From Vezdaea acicularis (Eukaryota): a stretch of 64,000 bases of DNA. The notes below the pieces were generated by a model, which made no database searches, was not told where the DNA came from, and saw nothing but the letters and a program-made list of their open reading frames with translations. The stretch spans positions 186,001 to 250,000 of the forward strand of contig JAPEUI010000008.1 of assembly GCA_026025075.1 (NCBI GenBank). The letters run 5' to 3'. A program made the translations under genes and the position numbers. Positions 12,236 to 25,165 of the stretch are shown in pieces (position 1 is the first letter of the stretch; the number at the start of each line of letters is the position of its first letter).

Positions 12236-15200
12236 TATCGAGGCCATCCAGATGAGCAATAAGGCCAGTCAGCAATCGGGGCGTCCGCGCAGGGCAAGTC
12301 TTGGAGAGAGCGGCGTGCAGCAGCAACGGCGGCGGACGCCACTTTTGCTCAGTTGAGCTGCATCGACGCAGCTTCACGTGTCGACCTGCCCGCTCCCACG
12401 GCTCCGCTGCAAATCGCTCCACCTGCTCTCCCTGCTCCCCTCCCCCCTCCTCCTCGTCGGTAGACGCCTCCGCCGCCCGCGGCCGCCAGACGAGATTGCG
12501 TCCACGTCCGGAACGAGAACGATCCCGGTTGGCGTGGCGGACGGCGGGAGACGAGCGGAGGACCCGATCAAACTCTGTTGCGACCGTCGCCGCCTGACGC
12601 CTTGACGAGTTGACGAATTGACGAATGGACGACGGACGATTGACGATGGGCGACGGGCGATGGACGATTGACGAACATCGAGTTGCTTCGGTAGCTCCTT
12701 CCCCCTCCCCCCCGGTCTCGCTCGCCTGCGACAACATGTGCGAATGCAGAAAGCGCAAACGTGCAAAGTGCGGATGGAGAAAGCGCCAAGCGTGAAAGGG
12801 CCCCAAAGAGCCAGGTGCCACCGCGGCTGTTCTTGCTGCGGCGGGCGCGAACGCAGCGAGGGGGGATGAAAGCGGAAGGCAGGCCAGGCAGGGTCTAGAC
12901 TAGGCCTGCCGAAAAGCCCCCCAGACTGTCATGTCGTGCCGCGCGCCGTGATTTGACCCGACTGCCGTAATTGTGATGAGGATGACGATGTGGCCGATGG
13001 CATAGGTGGATGGGGGTGGGGAGCGCGAGGAGAAGAACGGCGTGTGGTGGAGCGGAGACGGAGAGAGGAGAGAGAGAGAGGACGTGCGAGAAAAAGAGGG
13101 TGAGAGAGAGAGAGAGAGGGAGAGAGAGAGCGTGTGAGAGAGCTTGTGATACTTCCCCAAGAGAGCGCGCCGTTGGGTTGCTATTCTCCGCTCGTGCTCT
13201 TCCGTCTGCCTCTGCTTCTGCTTCTGCTTCTGCGTGGACGTCTGCTTCTGCTTCCACCTTCACTTCCGCTTCCTGCTCTCCTCCCTCTCCCCTTCTCTCG
13301 CCCATCCCAAACGCCAGACGTCTCGCAGCAGAAGTCGCATGTGCAGATTCGCGGGGCCAGCCCAAAATCCCTCCGCCTCGATCCCTCCGGCCCCAAGAAA
13401 AACACTCCGCCAAACCGCATCCGCTCACTCTCTCTCCTCCTGCGAGAACGTGGGGACCTCATGCGGGCCCGCGACCCGACCTGCTCCCCTCGCGCCCTCC
13501 CTCTCGTGCTTCCTCCACGAACACGCACGCCGTCGCGCCCTCTCCCCGTTTCTCCAGACGACGCCGTCATCCTGTCGCCCGGGTTGGCCATACTTACTGC
13601 TTCCCTCGAGGCTTCCTTCGCACGACGCCCGCGCCTGCATGAGAGCGACTGAGGACCGTCCGCATCGTTTCGACGCCAGCGCCGCCGCCGCCGGACGACG
13701 AACGACGACCGACGCTCGGAGGGGAGGGCCACGTCCCCTTGTTTCAACGCGCTCCTCCAGGGAAAACCCGGTATAGAAAAGGCCGACGGGGCAGCAGCAA
13801 CGGCCAGCAAGCCCCGAGAGGGTCCATCCGCTTAGATCGTGACTCTGATCGATACCGAGATCCAGCCATCACTCGATATCCTCTCACTCTCTCACTCTCA
13901 CCTCTTGTCCCCTCTCCCCCAGCGACCTTCCCCGTTTCCCGAATCGTGCGGCGGCCGATCGTCCCCCGTTAATGCGAATCCCTGTCCTTGCTCCGCCAGC
14001 TCTTGCTCCCTTCTAGGGCTTCATCGCCGTTCGAGCGAGAGTGAGCGAGCGAGTGCGCGCGCGCTTTTCTCGTCCGCGGGGGGGAGAGTACAAATTCGGT
14101 CGGCGTGGGCCCGTCGCCGGAGGATTACACATTGCACGCGCTTCCAACGCCCAGCACACGAGCAAGAGAGCACCGCGCTCGGGACTAAGGGCGCGGACGG
14201 TGGGAACAAGAACGTGAAAGAGCTCGTTCTGTTTGCTGTTCCGCGGCACGGCGCATCCTCCATCTCACATTCTGCCACCCCATCGACTTTCTTAGTCCGT
14301 TCAACGGCGCCCGCCTGCTGCTCGCCTACGTCCTTTTGCACGAGCAAAAGCGCTCGACCGGGCTTCACCGTGCGCCTGCCCTACGGACCTCGACACTTGA
14401 AAGAACCCTCAAGCCTCTCTCTCACAAGTCCTCCTTCCCCCCCCCTCCTCCTCCTCCACCACCACCACCGACCCACCCAAGACTTCTCTCGCGCACGCTC
14501 TCTCTTTTTCTTTCTCTGGATCTGTCTCTCTCCCCCTCCACCTCCATCTCTATATACCCCTCGATATCTAGCGTTGGCTCAGCACGCAATTCGCTCCCTC
14601 CTCCACCACCCCCCAGAACGAGCCTCATAACACCCCGGTCCTCAATTTAACCCTCGCGGGGAAGCCGGCCCACACATCAAACGGCTCTTCTCCCTCTCCC
14701 TCCTGCTCTCACCCTCGCTCTCATTCATACCCATAAACTCAACCAAGGCTCGGCCCGCACGGTGGACCAGCTTGCGTCAAGTCTCGGAAAGCAGGTGGAG
14801 AGAGCTCCACGGTCCATGATCCCTACGGACGTCCGCCAGGAAAAGGTGGATCAGCATTGGCCCTCCCGATCCTACCTTCCAACTAGCCCAAAGTATCGCT
14901 TGGTCCCCCAGTGCTCAGGACCTCTACGCTCAACCTCTTCGACCAGGATACGTAGGAAGCTTTTTTCACCTCGTTCCACGACGTAGCCTTCGACCTTCTC
15001 CATAAACACCACCCAAGTACCCTTCTTTCACCACCCGCGAGACGCCGGGGACGTTACACTGTTTCCTTTGACGTTCGTTACACCAGGTCACCGCCGCCCA
15101 CGTTCTTCCCTCTCTCTCTCTCTCACAGGATCGGCAGCTTCACCGATTTTCATGCAGCCGTCCGTGGCTGGTGCATGATCCCGTCTAGCCCGTGTCAAAG

Positions 15201-15388
15201 TACGATCGAACGCTTCCTGCGTCTCTTGAGGGACGCCTCGGTCTTTGTCTCGACCGTGTAGGCAAAGCTCTCGATTTCACTCCTTTGGCACACCTCTCGA
15301 CTTTGACGCCCCCCGTCATCAGACGCCGTCCCTCCTCTCCCGCCCCCCCCGTTCCATCTGCAGCCAGACCCCAGAAAAAACTTGCTTG

Positions 15389-17632
15389 ATGAACATCTCA
15401 TACCCAGCTTTCTCGGGTGCTGCCTCATCCTTGGCTCAGGATAGTATACGAAAGTACGCCGTCATCGAAAGCACCCACTAAGTTCCTGATTCTTACCATC
15501 TGGGGGCTGATAGACCATAACTAATCATGCTGCTCCATCTCAGCGACGACTATGAGCTAATCATTCGTCAAGGGCCGCAACGGGCCCGTGTGGCCGGCAT
15601 AAAGGAGAAAGGTGCGTGTGAAGAATGATTCCAGAAACAAAAGACGTGCCCATTGATAGATTGTGATGGTGACTGCGTCTGCTTCAATTCTTCAGAGCTA
15701 ATCCGTGTGCCGGGACCCTTTCTAGACCGAAAGCCTGTTGATCCTCCACCCATCATTCAATTACGGATCAAGGAAACCAACGATCAGTACCAGTAAGGGG
15801 GGCCCTCTTCACAACGCAGTCCGGTTCTTTTCGAACTGGGGGTCCCGCTCTCCTGACTGACTCCTGTCACAGATCCTACCTTCAGAGCCCATATTTCTTC
15901 ATGTGCTGCAATCTATATGATGCGAGTCAGGAACAGCCATCACCCGTGTCACCACAGACAGCCTTGGCAGGAACACTGGTCTCTTCTTTGCATAGGTTGA
16001 AGGATATAGACAACAGCGGTACGACCTGCAGCAAGCCCTCTGTCCCCCGCTTTTTGCCTCTGAGCATGACGTCCAGAAGCGCGGGTAGAACAGAAGCTTG
16101 CAATTTCTTTATGGCTCTTGATCTTCTTGCTAACATTCTCTAGATGGTGGATTCTTCGTCTTTGGTGACTTGTCCGTCAAGGTTGAGGGTGACTTTCGGT
16201 TACGGTTCAGTCTGTTTGAGCTGAGGAAATTTGGCGATGAGTATGGTCTCAAGAAAAAGTACGAGATGCAGAGACGTGCTGACGTAGTGTCATAGCAACC
16301 AAGTGGTTCACCTCAAGTCGATCATCTCGGAGCTTTTCACAGGTATGATCCTTTGTTTACAGCTTACTACTTGCAGCATCTGGTTGCTAACCATATTTTA
16401 GTCTACCCGGCAAAGAGCTTTCCGGGCATGTCAGAATCGACATTTCTGTCTCGATCTTTCGGTGACCAAGGCGTGCGGCTGAGGATCAGGAAAGAACCAC
16501 GGACTTTGATGTGAGCGTGCGCTTGGAGACGTCCGTGGAGGATATGCTAATTCGCAACAGGCGTAAGCGCCAAGCTCCGAGCAGTCTTCCGGATGAGTTC
16601 ACACGATATCCACCTGCAATGATGCAAGATCCTCGAGCACAGATGATGCACGGGCAACAGGGCTATAGTAATGGCTACGGGGGTAGCCAGGATTACGGAG
16701 GCTACCCACCAGCCGCCAAGCGGCAACGAACGAGTTCAATGGATGTCGGTATAGGTGTCCCGTACGACCAGAGATTCTACCAACAGCAGCAGCAACAGCA
16801 GCAGCCCCAATACAGCACCTACACCCAGGCGCCCCAACAGGCCCAGCACTACAATCAGGCCCCATATTCTGCCCCAGCGGGCGTGCCTCAAGACTACAGT
16901 TACCGCCCGGGACACAACCAGTCCGGCTCAACTTCAACGGCCTCGCCCTTTGGCTCCCCACGCTCCGCCCACGCGCAAATGGCTCAACGCTCGCCCATGA
17001 ACACGACCCACAATCCGAATACGACTTATAGTCAACAACAACCGCGGTACTCTTCACAGCAGATGCAGCAACCGAACAGCATTCCTCCGTCGCAGCCGCA
17101 TGTCCCGCAACTCGCCGATCCTGTCCCTCCCTCGCGCATGCACCACTTGCTGCAACAACAGCAGCAGCAGCAACAACAACAAAACTCCTACGCAACGCAC
17201 CACCATCTCCCCACTGCCTCCCTTCCCACCTCCTCTTCCATTCTCCCTCGCACCCTCCACAACGCCACCAACAATGCTGCCGCGGCAGGAGGAGGAGCAG
17301 GAGGAGACATGTATCCCCTCGCCTACCACCCGTCCGCCCCTCCCATGCCCCCGCCCTCTTCCGCCTCCATGAGCGGTATCCGGCAGCCGCTGACATACTC
17401 GCTCCCGCCCCTCCAAGGCGGCAACATCGCGCGCAGCCCCAGCACGAACGCCACCGCCGTGCCATTGCTCCCGAGTCCGCCCGGCTCGGGTGGCCCAGCC
17501 GGGATGGGTGGCGCGCAGAACAGCGTCTTGCACCCACCGCCGACGGAGCAGAGTAGATATGTCGGAGGCCCGCCCAGCAGTTTCGACACGGCGGCGCAGC
17601 AGCAGCAGACAGGCATCGGGGAGGGCCGGTGA
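15389..17632 (+). CDS. vosA: Velvet-family transcription factor, VosA-type; exons 15389-15453, 15544-15611, 15726-15792, 15873-16018, 16144-16240, 16296-16342, 16402-16510, 16561-17632
   Basis: Spliced translation gives the velvet domain '[33 protein letters not shown]...[13 protein letters not shown]...[17 protein letters not shown]...[25 protein letters not shown]...[28 protein letters not shown]'. The domain is N-terminal and followed by a Q/P-rich tail, which is the VosA architecture. All seven introns are GT-AG and frame-consistent. Confidence 0.9.
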
Positions 17633-18710
17633 CTAGCCGTGTGGACGAACAAGTGGACGTTCTATTCCACCCGCAAGAAAGATAAATTCAAAGAGTTGAA
17701 ATACGAAGAGTTGGCCTTCTAGATAGATGATAGACGGTTTTCTCAATCGACTACCATTGCGAACGGCACGTACCCACACTCGCTCTTTTTTTGGGGGGGG
17801 GCTTTCTTGGGAATCTGCATACTCCATCCAGGCTCTTTTTTCCTTCATCGTCGCCATCCTTGGGGTAAATTTTTGTTTCGGGATTAGCAAGGCTCTCCGC
17901 GGCGTTTTTTCCGTTGTCATTATCATCATCATCATCATCACATCATCAACCCTTTCCCCCCCTTTAGCCTCACAGCAAAAACATGGTTCTTGAGCATACT
18001 TAGACGCACGCACGCACGGACGGGCCTCTTGTTTTGTTACATGACACGCTTTTAGGCGTCGGTCGTCTTGGGGAGGGCTTGTCTTGTTCTTATGCCGTTT
18101 TTTTCTCGCTCGCAGCTTAGTTCCTCCCTGAAGCCCTCTGGCTCTCTAAATGAGTCAGGAATGGCAGAAGAGTAATCCGCTCGTCCTTCCACTTTTCATG
18201 TCTACCACAAGCGTCTCCTGAGCAAGAATCATATACGAATAAATCCGGGTCCGGGGCTTTTTTGTTGGTTTGTGTGTCTGTCATGCGTGCGCGCGGGGGG
18301 AGGGGGGGGGGTGCATATTGTCCGGCGTTTCTTTTTTTTTCTGTTTTTGTCGTTCGGTCGGCTTTTCCTTCTACCTTGTTCTCCTTCTCTCTCTCTCTCT
18401 CTGTTTGGACAGAGGGCGCAGGCGGGGCGGAAAGTGGGTGTGACTGTGTGTTTTGTGTATCTCTGTGTGTGTAGAGAGACGTGGTATTGGATAGGATTCG
18501 AGTTTGAATCAGAATGGAAAAAGTTGTTGTCCCCATCCTCCTCCACATCTTCCCCATCCTCCGCATCTTCCTCGCTGTTCTCACCCCAATCCTCCCTATC
18601 ATTCTTGATTCCCCACTAAAGCAAGCATTTTAAGGCAGGCAGGAAGGAAGGAAAGGGGAGATACTGCACCACCAAGTACAAGTAATGTACTTGACAGACA
18701 CCGCAAGGCC

Positions 18711-18789
18711 GTGAAGCTGTGAAGCTGTGAAGCTGTGAAGCTGTGAAGCTATGAATCCGTGAAATCCGTGGAGCCGTGAAGCCGTGAAG
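18711..18789. repeat. 8-bp tandem repeat (GTGAAGCT)x5 followed by degenerate copies
   Basis: Five perfect copies at 18711-18750, then variants ATGAATCC/GTGGAGCC/GTGAAGCC. Confidence 0.9.
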
Positions 18790-19548
18790 TCTCAAGCTGT
18801 GACACGTGAGCGCCTACATCGTACCGACCTCGTACCGACTCCGTAATACACAGTATCACGGCGGTACCTCACGGTGGCAGAGGATAGTACAGTGCAGGTC
18901 AAGATAGTAGAGTACAGTACAATACAGTACAGTTCAGGTCAAGGCAAGACAGTTCAGGTCAAGGCAAGACAAGACAAGACAAGACAACGGACGGACGGAA
19001 GGGGGTGGTGAGATGGGATGGTACAGAGACTAGTCAGGCGTAGATAAAATTCAATGTCCATTTCATTTCATTGTGGGATTGTTGTATATAGCGCTGTACA
19101 TCCACCATCCTGCTGGTGCGTAGCTAGAGAAGCTATATCACCGCGCTATAGAAGCCATACCCTGAAAGCACGCTGGGGCAACCCCCCCATCTCAGAGAAG
19201 CGAATATGAGATTTGCCACCACCTTTTTCCCCCCGGGAAAGCAAAGTGGAGATGAGTGAAAGCAAGGGTGACCCTAGCGCTGGATGTAGAGAGGAGAGAT
19301 GACTCAGCCTCGCCCCCGCCCCCTTTTTTTTAGATGTGGTTGAGGTTATGTTTGCGAGTAGAAACGGAGAGAATGGAGAGAGGGGAGGAGGAAGAGGGAG
19401 CCAGCGAGCTGGGTTGAGAGGAGAGGAGACGAAAAAAAGGGGGCGGGGGAGAGGGTCGAAAGGGAGAAAAAGGAGGGAAAGAAATTCCCCCCTTGCGAAA
19501 AAGAGCCAGTTCTTCCGCTGCGTGGAAAAGGGGGGCATCATGCAGAAT

Positions 19549-20987
19549 TTACATGATGATCGCGGGTACTAAAATAGATATCCTCGTCAGCTTCCATTGC
19601 ACCTTCGGCTTAAGGGCGTACCGCCAAAAGAAAGGGGAACTGTGAAAAAGGGCGGTCACAAGACTCACCATCGACATTCGCCTTAATAGTCTTATGCGGC
19701 AGCACACTCCCCCCATTGACATAAATCTCGTCCGCAATCGTCACATCATCGCCGAGCACCGTCACATTCTCCAGGCGGGCCCAGCGCCCCACGGAGCTGT
19801 TCCAGCCAACGATACTAGACTTGATCCACGCGTGATCCTTGACCTTCGAGCCAGACAGCAACACGCAGCGCTGCAGGCGCACGCCGTCGCCGATCACGAC
19901 GTTGGGGCCGATGGTCACGTTCGGGCCGATGCGGCAGTTCTTGCCGATCTTGGCGCTGGAGTCGACCATCACGTTGCCGCCGTGCACGTACGGCGTGCTC
20001 GCCGGCAGCAGCTTCTTGCTACCGCGCTTCGTCAGCGAGGAGAGGTACAGGCAGGTTCCGCTCAGGAAGTCCTTAGGCTGCCCGACGTCCATCCAGAAGC
20101 CCTCCAGGTCAAAGGAGTGCAGCTGCCCGTCCTTGCACATGGCCGGGAAGGTCTCCTGCTCGATGCTGGTCGGGCGCAGCTCGATGCGCTCGAGCACGCT
20201 GGGGTTGAGGATGTAGATGCCGGCGTTGATCCGGTTCCCGACGAACTCGACCGGCTTCTCCACGAAGCGGTCGATGCGGCTGTGGTGGTTCGGCTTGTGC
20301 ACCACGACGCCGTACTTGGACGGCTCTTCCACCTTCGTGACGACGATCGTCCCTTCGTCCTTGTGCGCTTTGTGGAAAGCGGCGAGCGCTTTGAAGGGAT
20401 AGTCGCAGATGACGTCCGAGTTGAGGACGAAGAAGGGGGCGGGGTCCTTGCCGAGTGTTTTGGCGGCAAGCTTCAGGGGGCCGGCAGTACCAAGCGGCTC
20501 GGACTCGACGCTGAATTCGATATTGACGCCATATTGTTCTTCGTACTGGAGATGGCGTTAGTCAGCAGTGGCGTTTCCGTTAGGGCGTGCGGAGGGAGAA
20601 AGAGGAAAGGGGGGGGGTCTGAAACGGACCTTCTTCAGCGCGGCAACCATCACGTCTGGACGGTAATTGACGGCGAGGACAATGTCGGTCACGCCCGCAG
20701 CGGCGAGGCTCTCAACCTGGTGTAGGATCATGGGTTGGTTGGCGAACTCGACGAGGGGTTTCGGGAGGGTGAGTGTCTAGCACCATAACGTCAGACTGGT
20801 CGAAGATGTAGGTGGAGGCCGCGATAAAATTCCGGGGATATATGGCTGTGAAGTCCGGTATGGAGCAGGCTGGTGGGACCTACGAGGGGCCGTAGACGGG
20901 TGCCGAAGCCACCGACGAGAATAAGAGCTGGCATGAACACGTTAGTCTTTACAGTTCCTTCAATGGGTCTTGAAGCTTACCTTTCAT
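19549..20987 (-). CDS. MPG1: Mannose-1-phosphate guanylyltransferase (GDP-mannose pyrophosphorylase); exons 20987-20981, 20927-20884, 20776-20630, 20545-19669, 19568-19549
   Basis: Spliced N-terminus '[33 protein letters not shown]', '[18 protein letters not shown]', hexapeptide-repeat C-terminal domain and end 'VDVPAIIM'. Yeast ortholog is PSA1. Confidence 0.96.
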
Positions 20988-22074
20988 CTTTGCTATATGG
21001 GGGTTCTTTGGTGCTTGAGCGCCAAATCAAAAATCTTGAGCGGCTGTCGAGTATTCTACTGGATACGCACTATACCGCGGGGGTGAAGCTCCGCAATTGA
21101 GTGTCAAGCAGGCGCTTCGTTATATTCTCGCAAGAGAAGTAAGGCAGTATCAATCAAGGCAAGGTCTTAGAGGCGCAATGTATCAAGGCGCTTCGAGCAG
21201 AGGACAGTTTTCCGAGTTCGCATTCAAAATTAGGGTCTCCAGTCCACGAACTTTTTAGTGCAAATACGTTCCTCGGCAAGCACCCTAAATCAGGGGCCCG
21301 GACCTTCGCTTGCGCCACCGAGCAGGCCTATGAGAGGGGCTCGCCTGGGATGCTGTTCACCGCAAAGTCGCTGCGACCCGGCCCGTAATATTTCGACGGT
21401 CAGCTGGCGGGTAACGAGCTATGAAAAGAAAATTGGCCAGTAACAGGATGCAACCTTACCACGAGGGTTGCAGCCACAGGCAGAGAGGGCATATCGCCAC
21501 GGGCAACAAGTGTCAATATTATAGATAGCTATTCACGTCTATAACATCAAAGCATGGATGGCAAGAAGTATCGCTCGTGAAGAGACCGCCGAACCGAGAA
21601 AAATGCTTCCTTTTCTAGAGATGGGCAGCACCGGCAACAGTCAATGCGGTCTGGAAATCACTCAATGACTATTATAGAGCCTTAAAGTACGCATGGAAAG
21701 ATATGATCAACTTTGGTGGAAAGGTATGCCTCTAAAGGCCACGTTCTCCACCTAGATAATAGTGGTCTCCAACACCGCAATTGAAGTGGTATGCGTACGC
21801 ATTTGTGCGCATTCCGTGATGGACCATAGGTTTCCTGGCATGTGTACCGTACCATACCGCAACCTATGCAATCTTTGATCTGGATCGCCTGAAGCCAGAG
21901 GTGACATAGCCAACGTTGATAAATATGCTACCGACAGCTTTTCAAAAAGATACTCCTCACCCTACATTTTTGACAACCAGAACCCAATGAACGCCCGAAG
22001 ATACGAATATAGAAACATAGGTCCTCACAACAAAATACCCATAGTCCTAACCAGAAAAGAGGTGCTAAGATCCC

Positions 22075-23268
22075 TCATTGAGTGTCTGGAGGCATATCCT
22101 CCCTCTCATGCCACCTTCTCTTTTTTACTTTAGCTTTCACGTCGATCCTTGGAGGCACGACAAATTGATGCACCCATTCTCTGACGCGCTTCACCTTCTC
22201 TGCCTGAGCGTCGATATGCTCGATCTCATCAAGGTCAGACTGTACGTAACACCCTTTCGCATCACTCTTATCAAGTCTCTCTCGAAAAGCGAGGTAAACC
22301 TTTGTAAGCGAGTTCCTCAAGGACTGTCCGTACACTTTGCCCTGGTAAGAAGACAGTGCAACGTTTCGTAGCAGAATAACATCTTGCGGGCGAAGGTTGG
22401 CCAAACTTTCTCTCAGGGGCTCGTTCTTGCTCTGCCGAGTTCTGCGGCCTCCAATCAGCCAGAAATTAATTCCGAAGCCTGTTCTAGTTTCATCCCCTAC
22501 AATCGTCTCGACGATCTCCATGCTCCGTCCTCGTCGGGTCGTGATCGTTCGAGGCTGGGCAATCGAGATGATGCCTACAACGAGGTTGACCGTCATGGTC
22601 TGGGGAACGATTGAGTTCAGATAGTTCGGACCGGGTATTTCTCTTATATCCTTGATACTCCTAAGTATGGGTGGAGGGGCTTTTAGAGGAGAAAGCTGGG
22701 ATGTTTCATCGCCAAAGCTGGAAAGCGTATTGTCTTGTGTTGATAGTATGGAGGACGCGAAAGAAGAATCAGCTCCCTTCATCTGACTGTGCGGCCTCTT
22801 TCCGTGCCACTGTTCTTCGCTTGCGTTCTCATCCTGAACCAGGGATGATGCAATGTCTTCGTGAACGGCAAATGAATGCTCGTAGAACTGAGAGAGTTGC
22901 TCTTCCTCCTGTGAGACAGTTTTCGAGTCTGAAGTTTCTGTCCCACTAGAGATGTATGATGAATTTAGGAACGATACACTGGAATCATGGTCCGTGCCGT
23001 ACTGCAGTGGGTGGCCGTAAGGGGCCACGCCTGTCGGCTGCGAGTAGCCTGTGCGCAGATGTTGCGCTCTAAGGGGTAAACTCCGCCAGGTCGCCCCCAA
23101 CATTTGAGACTCATCAGAGCGGGGTTCCGTAGCTTTTGTTACAAAATCTGGAACTTTCTCGTCAGTGAAAGCTGGCAGGAGCTTCGCGGTCAAATGTTTC
23201 TCATCAAGATCCAATGAGACAGGGTCCGGGGCACCAGTAAGAAACAAAATTCGAGGCACAGACGCCAT
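22075..23268 (-). CDS. OB-fold nucleic-acid-binding protein, possibly SHLD2-like; single exon
   Basis: Long ORF with likely start MASVPRILFLTGAP at 23268 (in-frame upstream ATGs exist). S/D/E-rich linker, then an OB-fold-like pattern 'TVNLVVGIISI...IVGDET...INFWL...LRPQDVILLRNVAL...VYGQS'. Confidence 0.75.
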   Translation of the reverse strand: MASVPRILFLTGAPDPVSLDLDEKHLTAKLLPAFTDEKVPDFVTKATEPRSDESQMLGATWRSLPLRAQHLRTGYSQPTGVAPYGHPLQYGTDHDSSVSFLNSSYISSGTETSDSKTVSQEEEQLSQFYEHSFAVHEDIASSLVQDENASEEQWHGKRPHSQMKGADSSFASSILSTQDNTLSSFGDETSQLSPLKAPPPILRSIKDIREIPGPNYLNSIVPQTMTVNLVVGIISIAQPRTITTRRGRSMEIVETIVGDETRTGFGINFWLIGGRRTRQSKNEPLRESLANLRPQDVILLRNVALSSYQGKVYGQSLRNSLTKVYLAFRERLDKSDAKGCYVQSDLDEIEHIDAQAEKVKRVREWVHQFVVPPRIDVKAKVKKRRWHEREDMPPDTQ

Positions 23269-23966
23269 TGTTGACATAACCATACAGAACAAAAACAGAC
23301 GCAATCATGACAGCAATAAAGAGGAAGCGAGATTGTATGTTTGAGTGTTTGAGTGCTCAAGTGTTCGCACTTATCAACATGCTACACCGGAGCTTGGTAG
23401 AGCCTCCTAGGCTAGCGTTTCTTATTCTGTTGATATTGCATCAAGACCGTAACCTGTCCACGAAGCTCCGGTCTTCGCTGCCAGCACGCGTCAATGCCTC
23501 GTGGCCTGGCGCCGAAGGCTGAAGTAAAGCTTTTCAATTGGATCTGATAATAATCTAGTCAACAATGTTTGCGTCGTTGCTAGTCCTGAACCGGGTACCT
23601 GCCTGCGTTTCGATGGACTGAGTCCACGCAAGCTCCATGTCGAGGCGAAATAATAGGCCGAAGCTGCGGGACAGGGTCTTAGCGCGATCTGATAAGAAAC
23701 CGGGCGTTCAGCCCAGTACACGTATAGGAGGCCGCGAGGACATTCGGGTCTATATTTTCCAACGGACGTCTCCTTATCGATACTAAAGAGTCTAGATCTC
23801 CGTCTCCTATACTTTCTAGGCATGCTTCTCAGTAGAATCTTCAAATGATCCTGACATTGAAACTCTCTAAATTTCAACCAATCGTCTTGCACCCGACCCT
23901 CTCACCGCCTCGCTTACAAGAGTGGCAGTATCTATAATTTTCGTGCGTCATCCCGCTCGAGTCACG

Positions 23967-25165
23967 ATGACAAGGCCGATCAAGAAGATGAAATCAACAT
24001 TTCAGTCAATTATATCTGCAGGCCAGAATATTATCAGTGGGACGACGACATCGACGAGTGAGGTCCCGAGTGCGACTCAGCTTTTCCCGGTAGTCGACCC
24101 TGCTGTTGACGGGTCCGAATGCCTTCAAGATTGTGCTACTTGCGAGGTGCACCTACCCAAGGGTTGGAAAATCGATGAAGATGACGATATATACGGCCAA
24201 GTGAAAGGCTGGGCTACGCACGTGGTAGTCGGGACCGGGAAGAGTGATTGGAAGCGGGATGTGGAAGACGAGCATGGAAGTGTCATGGAGGCATTACACA
24301 AGGAGCGTGATAACATCACGAATGGGGTGAGCCTGCACAACTTCCAACGCTGTTTGCTTTCTGTAGAATGATTGCAAGCCCACGACTCACGCCTTATGTT
24401 TGACAGCGCTTGATGCTGTCCGCATCAAATATCCCGATTCCGGAGCCTCCCGAGGGGGTCCCACCGAGTACTATGGCATACTCATGTCCAACTGTCGTCT
24501 TTCTCCTCCCTGCCATGCTCGAAATCAAGAACATTACCCAAAGCACCACATCAGCTCTGTTACCTCTAATAAACAGCTCCCCTACGACCACCACAGCTCT
24601 CAACACCCACAAAGATCTACCCTCACTTCCCGAGCCTCTCACCATAACTCCTCTCCCTAGACAAGCTATAATCCTTCTCTGCTCACATCGAACACGGGAC
24701 GCACGATGCGGTCAATCAGCGCCTCTGCTTTATCGAGAGTTCTCTCGAAGTCTACGAGACTTGGGTCTATATCGTGATGCCCATGACTCTCGTCCAGGTG
24801 GTGTGAGTATACACTTCATATCGCACGTTGGTGGCCACAAGTATTCAGCCAACGTAATGGTATACCGACGAAGAAGTACTTTAGATATTGCAGCTGCTAG
24901 TACCAAGGCAAAGTTTGTGAACCAAACTAAAGAGCAAGAAAGCACTGATGACATAGAGTTGCCAAAAGTTGACGCCTCGAATGAAGCCGAGGCGAAGACA
25001 TCTCTAGAAGGAGAAGGTGCGGTGCAAGGAATCTGGTTAGGGCGTGTGCGGCCTGAAGACTGTGAAGGCATCATCAAATATACCGTCTTACACGGGAAGG
25101 TCGTGAAGCCTGATCGACAGCTGCGGGGCGGCTTTGACCGACAAAGGGGGCTCGCAAGCTGGTAA
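23967..25165 (+). CDS. Sucrase/ferredoxin-like thioredoxin-fold [2Fe-2S] protein, Apd1/Aim32 family; exons 23967-24326, 24407-25165
   Basis: 'LLCSHRTRDARCG' and 'ISHVGGHKYSANV' give the C-x8-C...H-x3-H ligand set; N-terminal CxxxCxxC. Intron GTGAGC...GACAG is in frame. Start could be ATG 23988. Confidence 0.88.

Noticed and set aside
9300..14650. Dozens of overlapping 100-380 aa ORFs on both strands
   Set aside because: They are low-complexity R/G/P/S translations of GC-rich, stop-poor microsatellite DNA with no domain motifs or consistent frame.
19694..20725. 343-aa plus-strand ORF antisense to MPG1 (likewise the ORFs antisense to vosA)
   Set aside because: Shadow ORFs produced by strong C/G-ending codon bias on the coding strand.
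21450..22000. Possible C/D snoRNA (GTGATGG...CTGA) and a 12-bp palindrome at ~21791
   Set aside because: Imperfect C box, no terminal stem or recognisable guide; consistent with chance.
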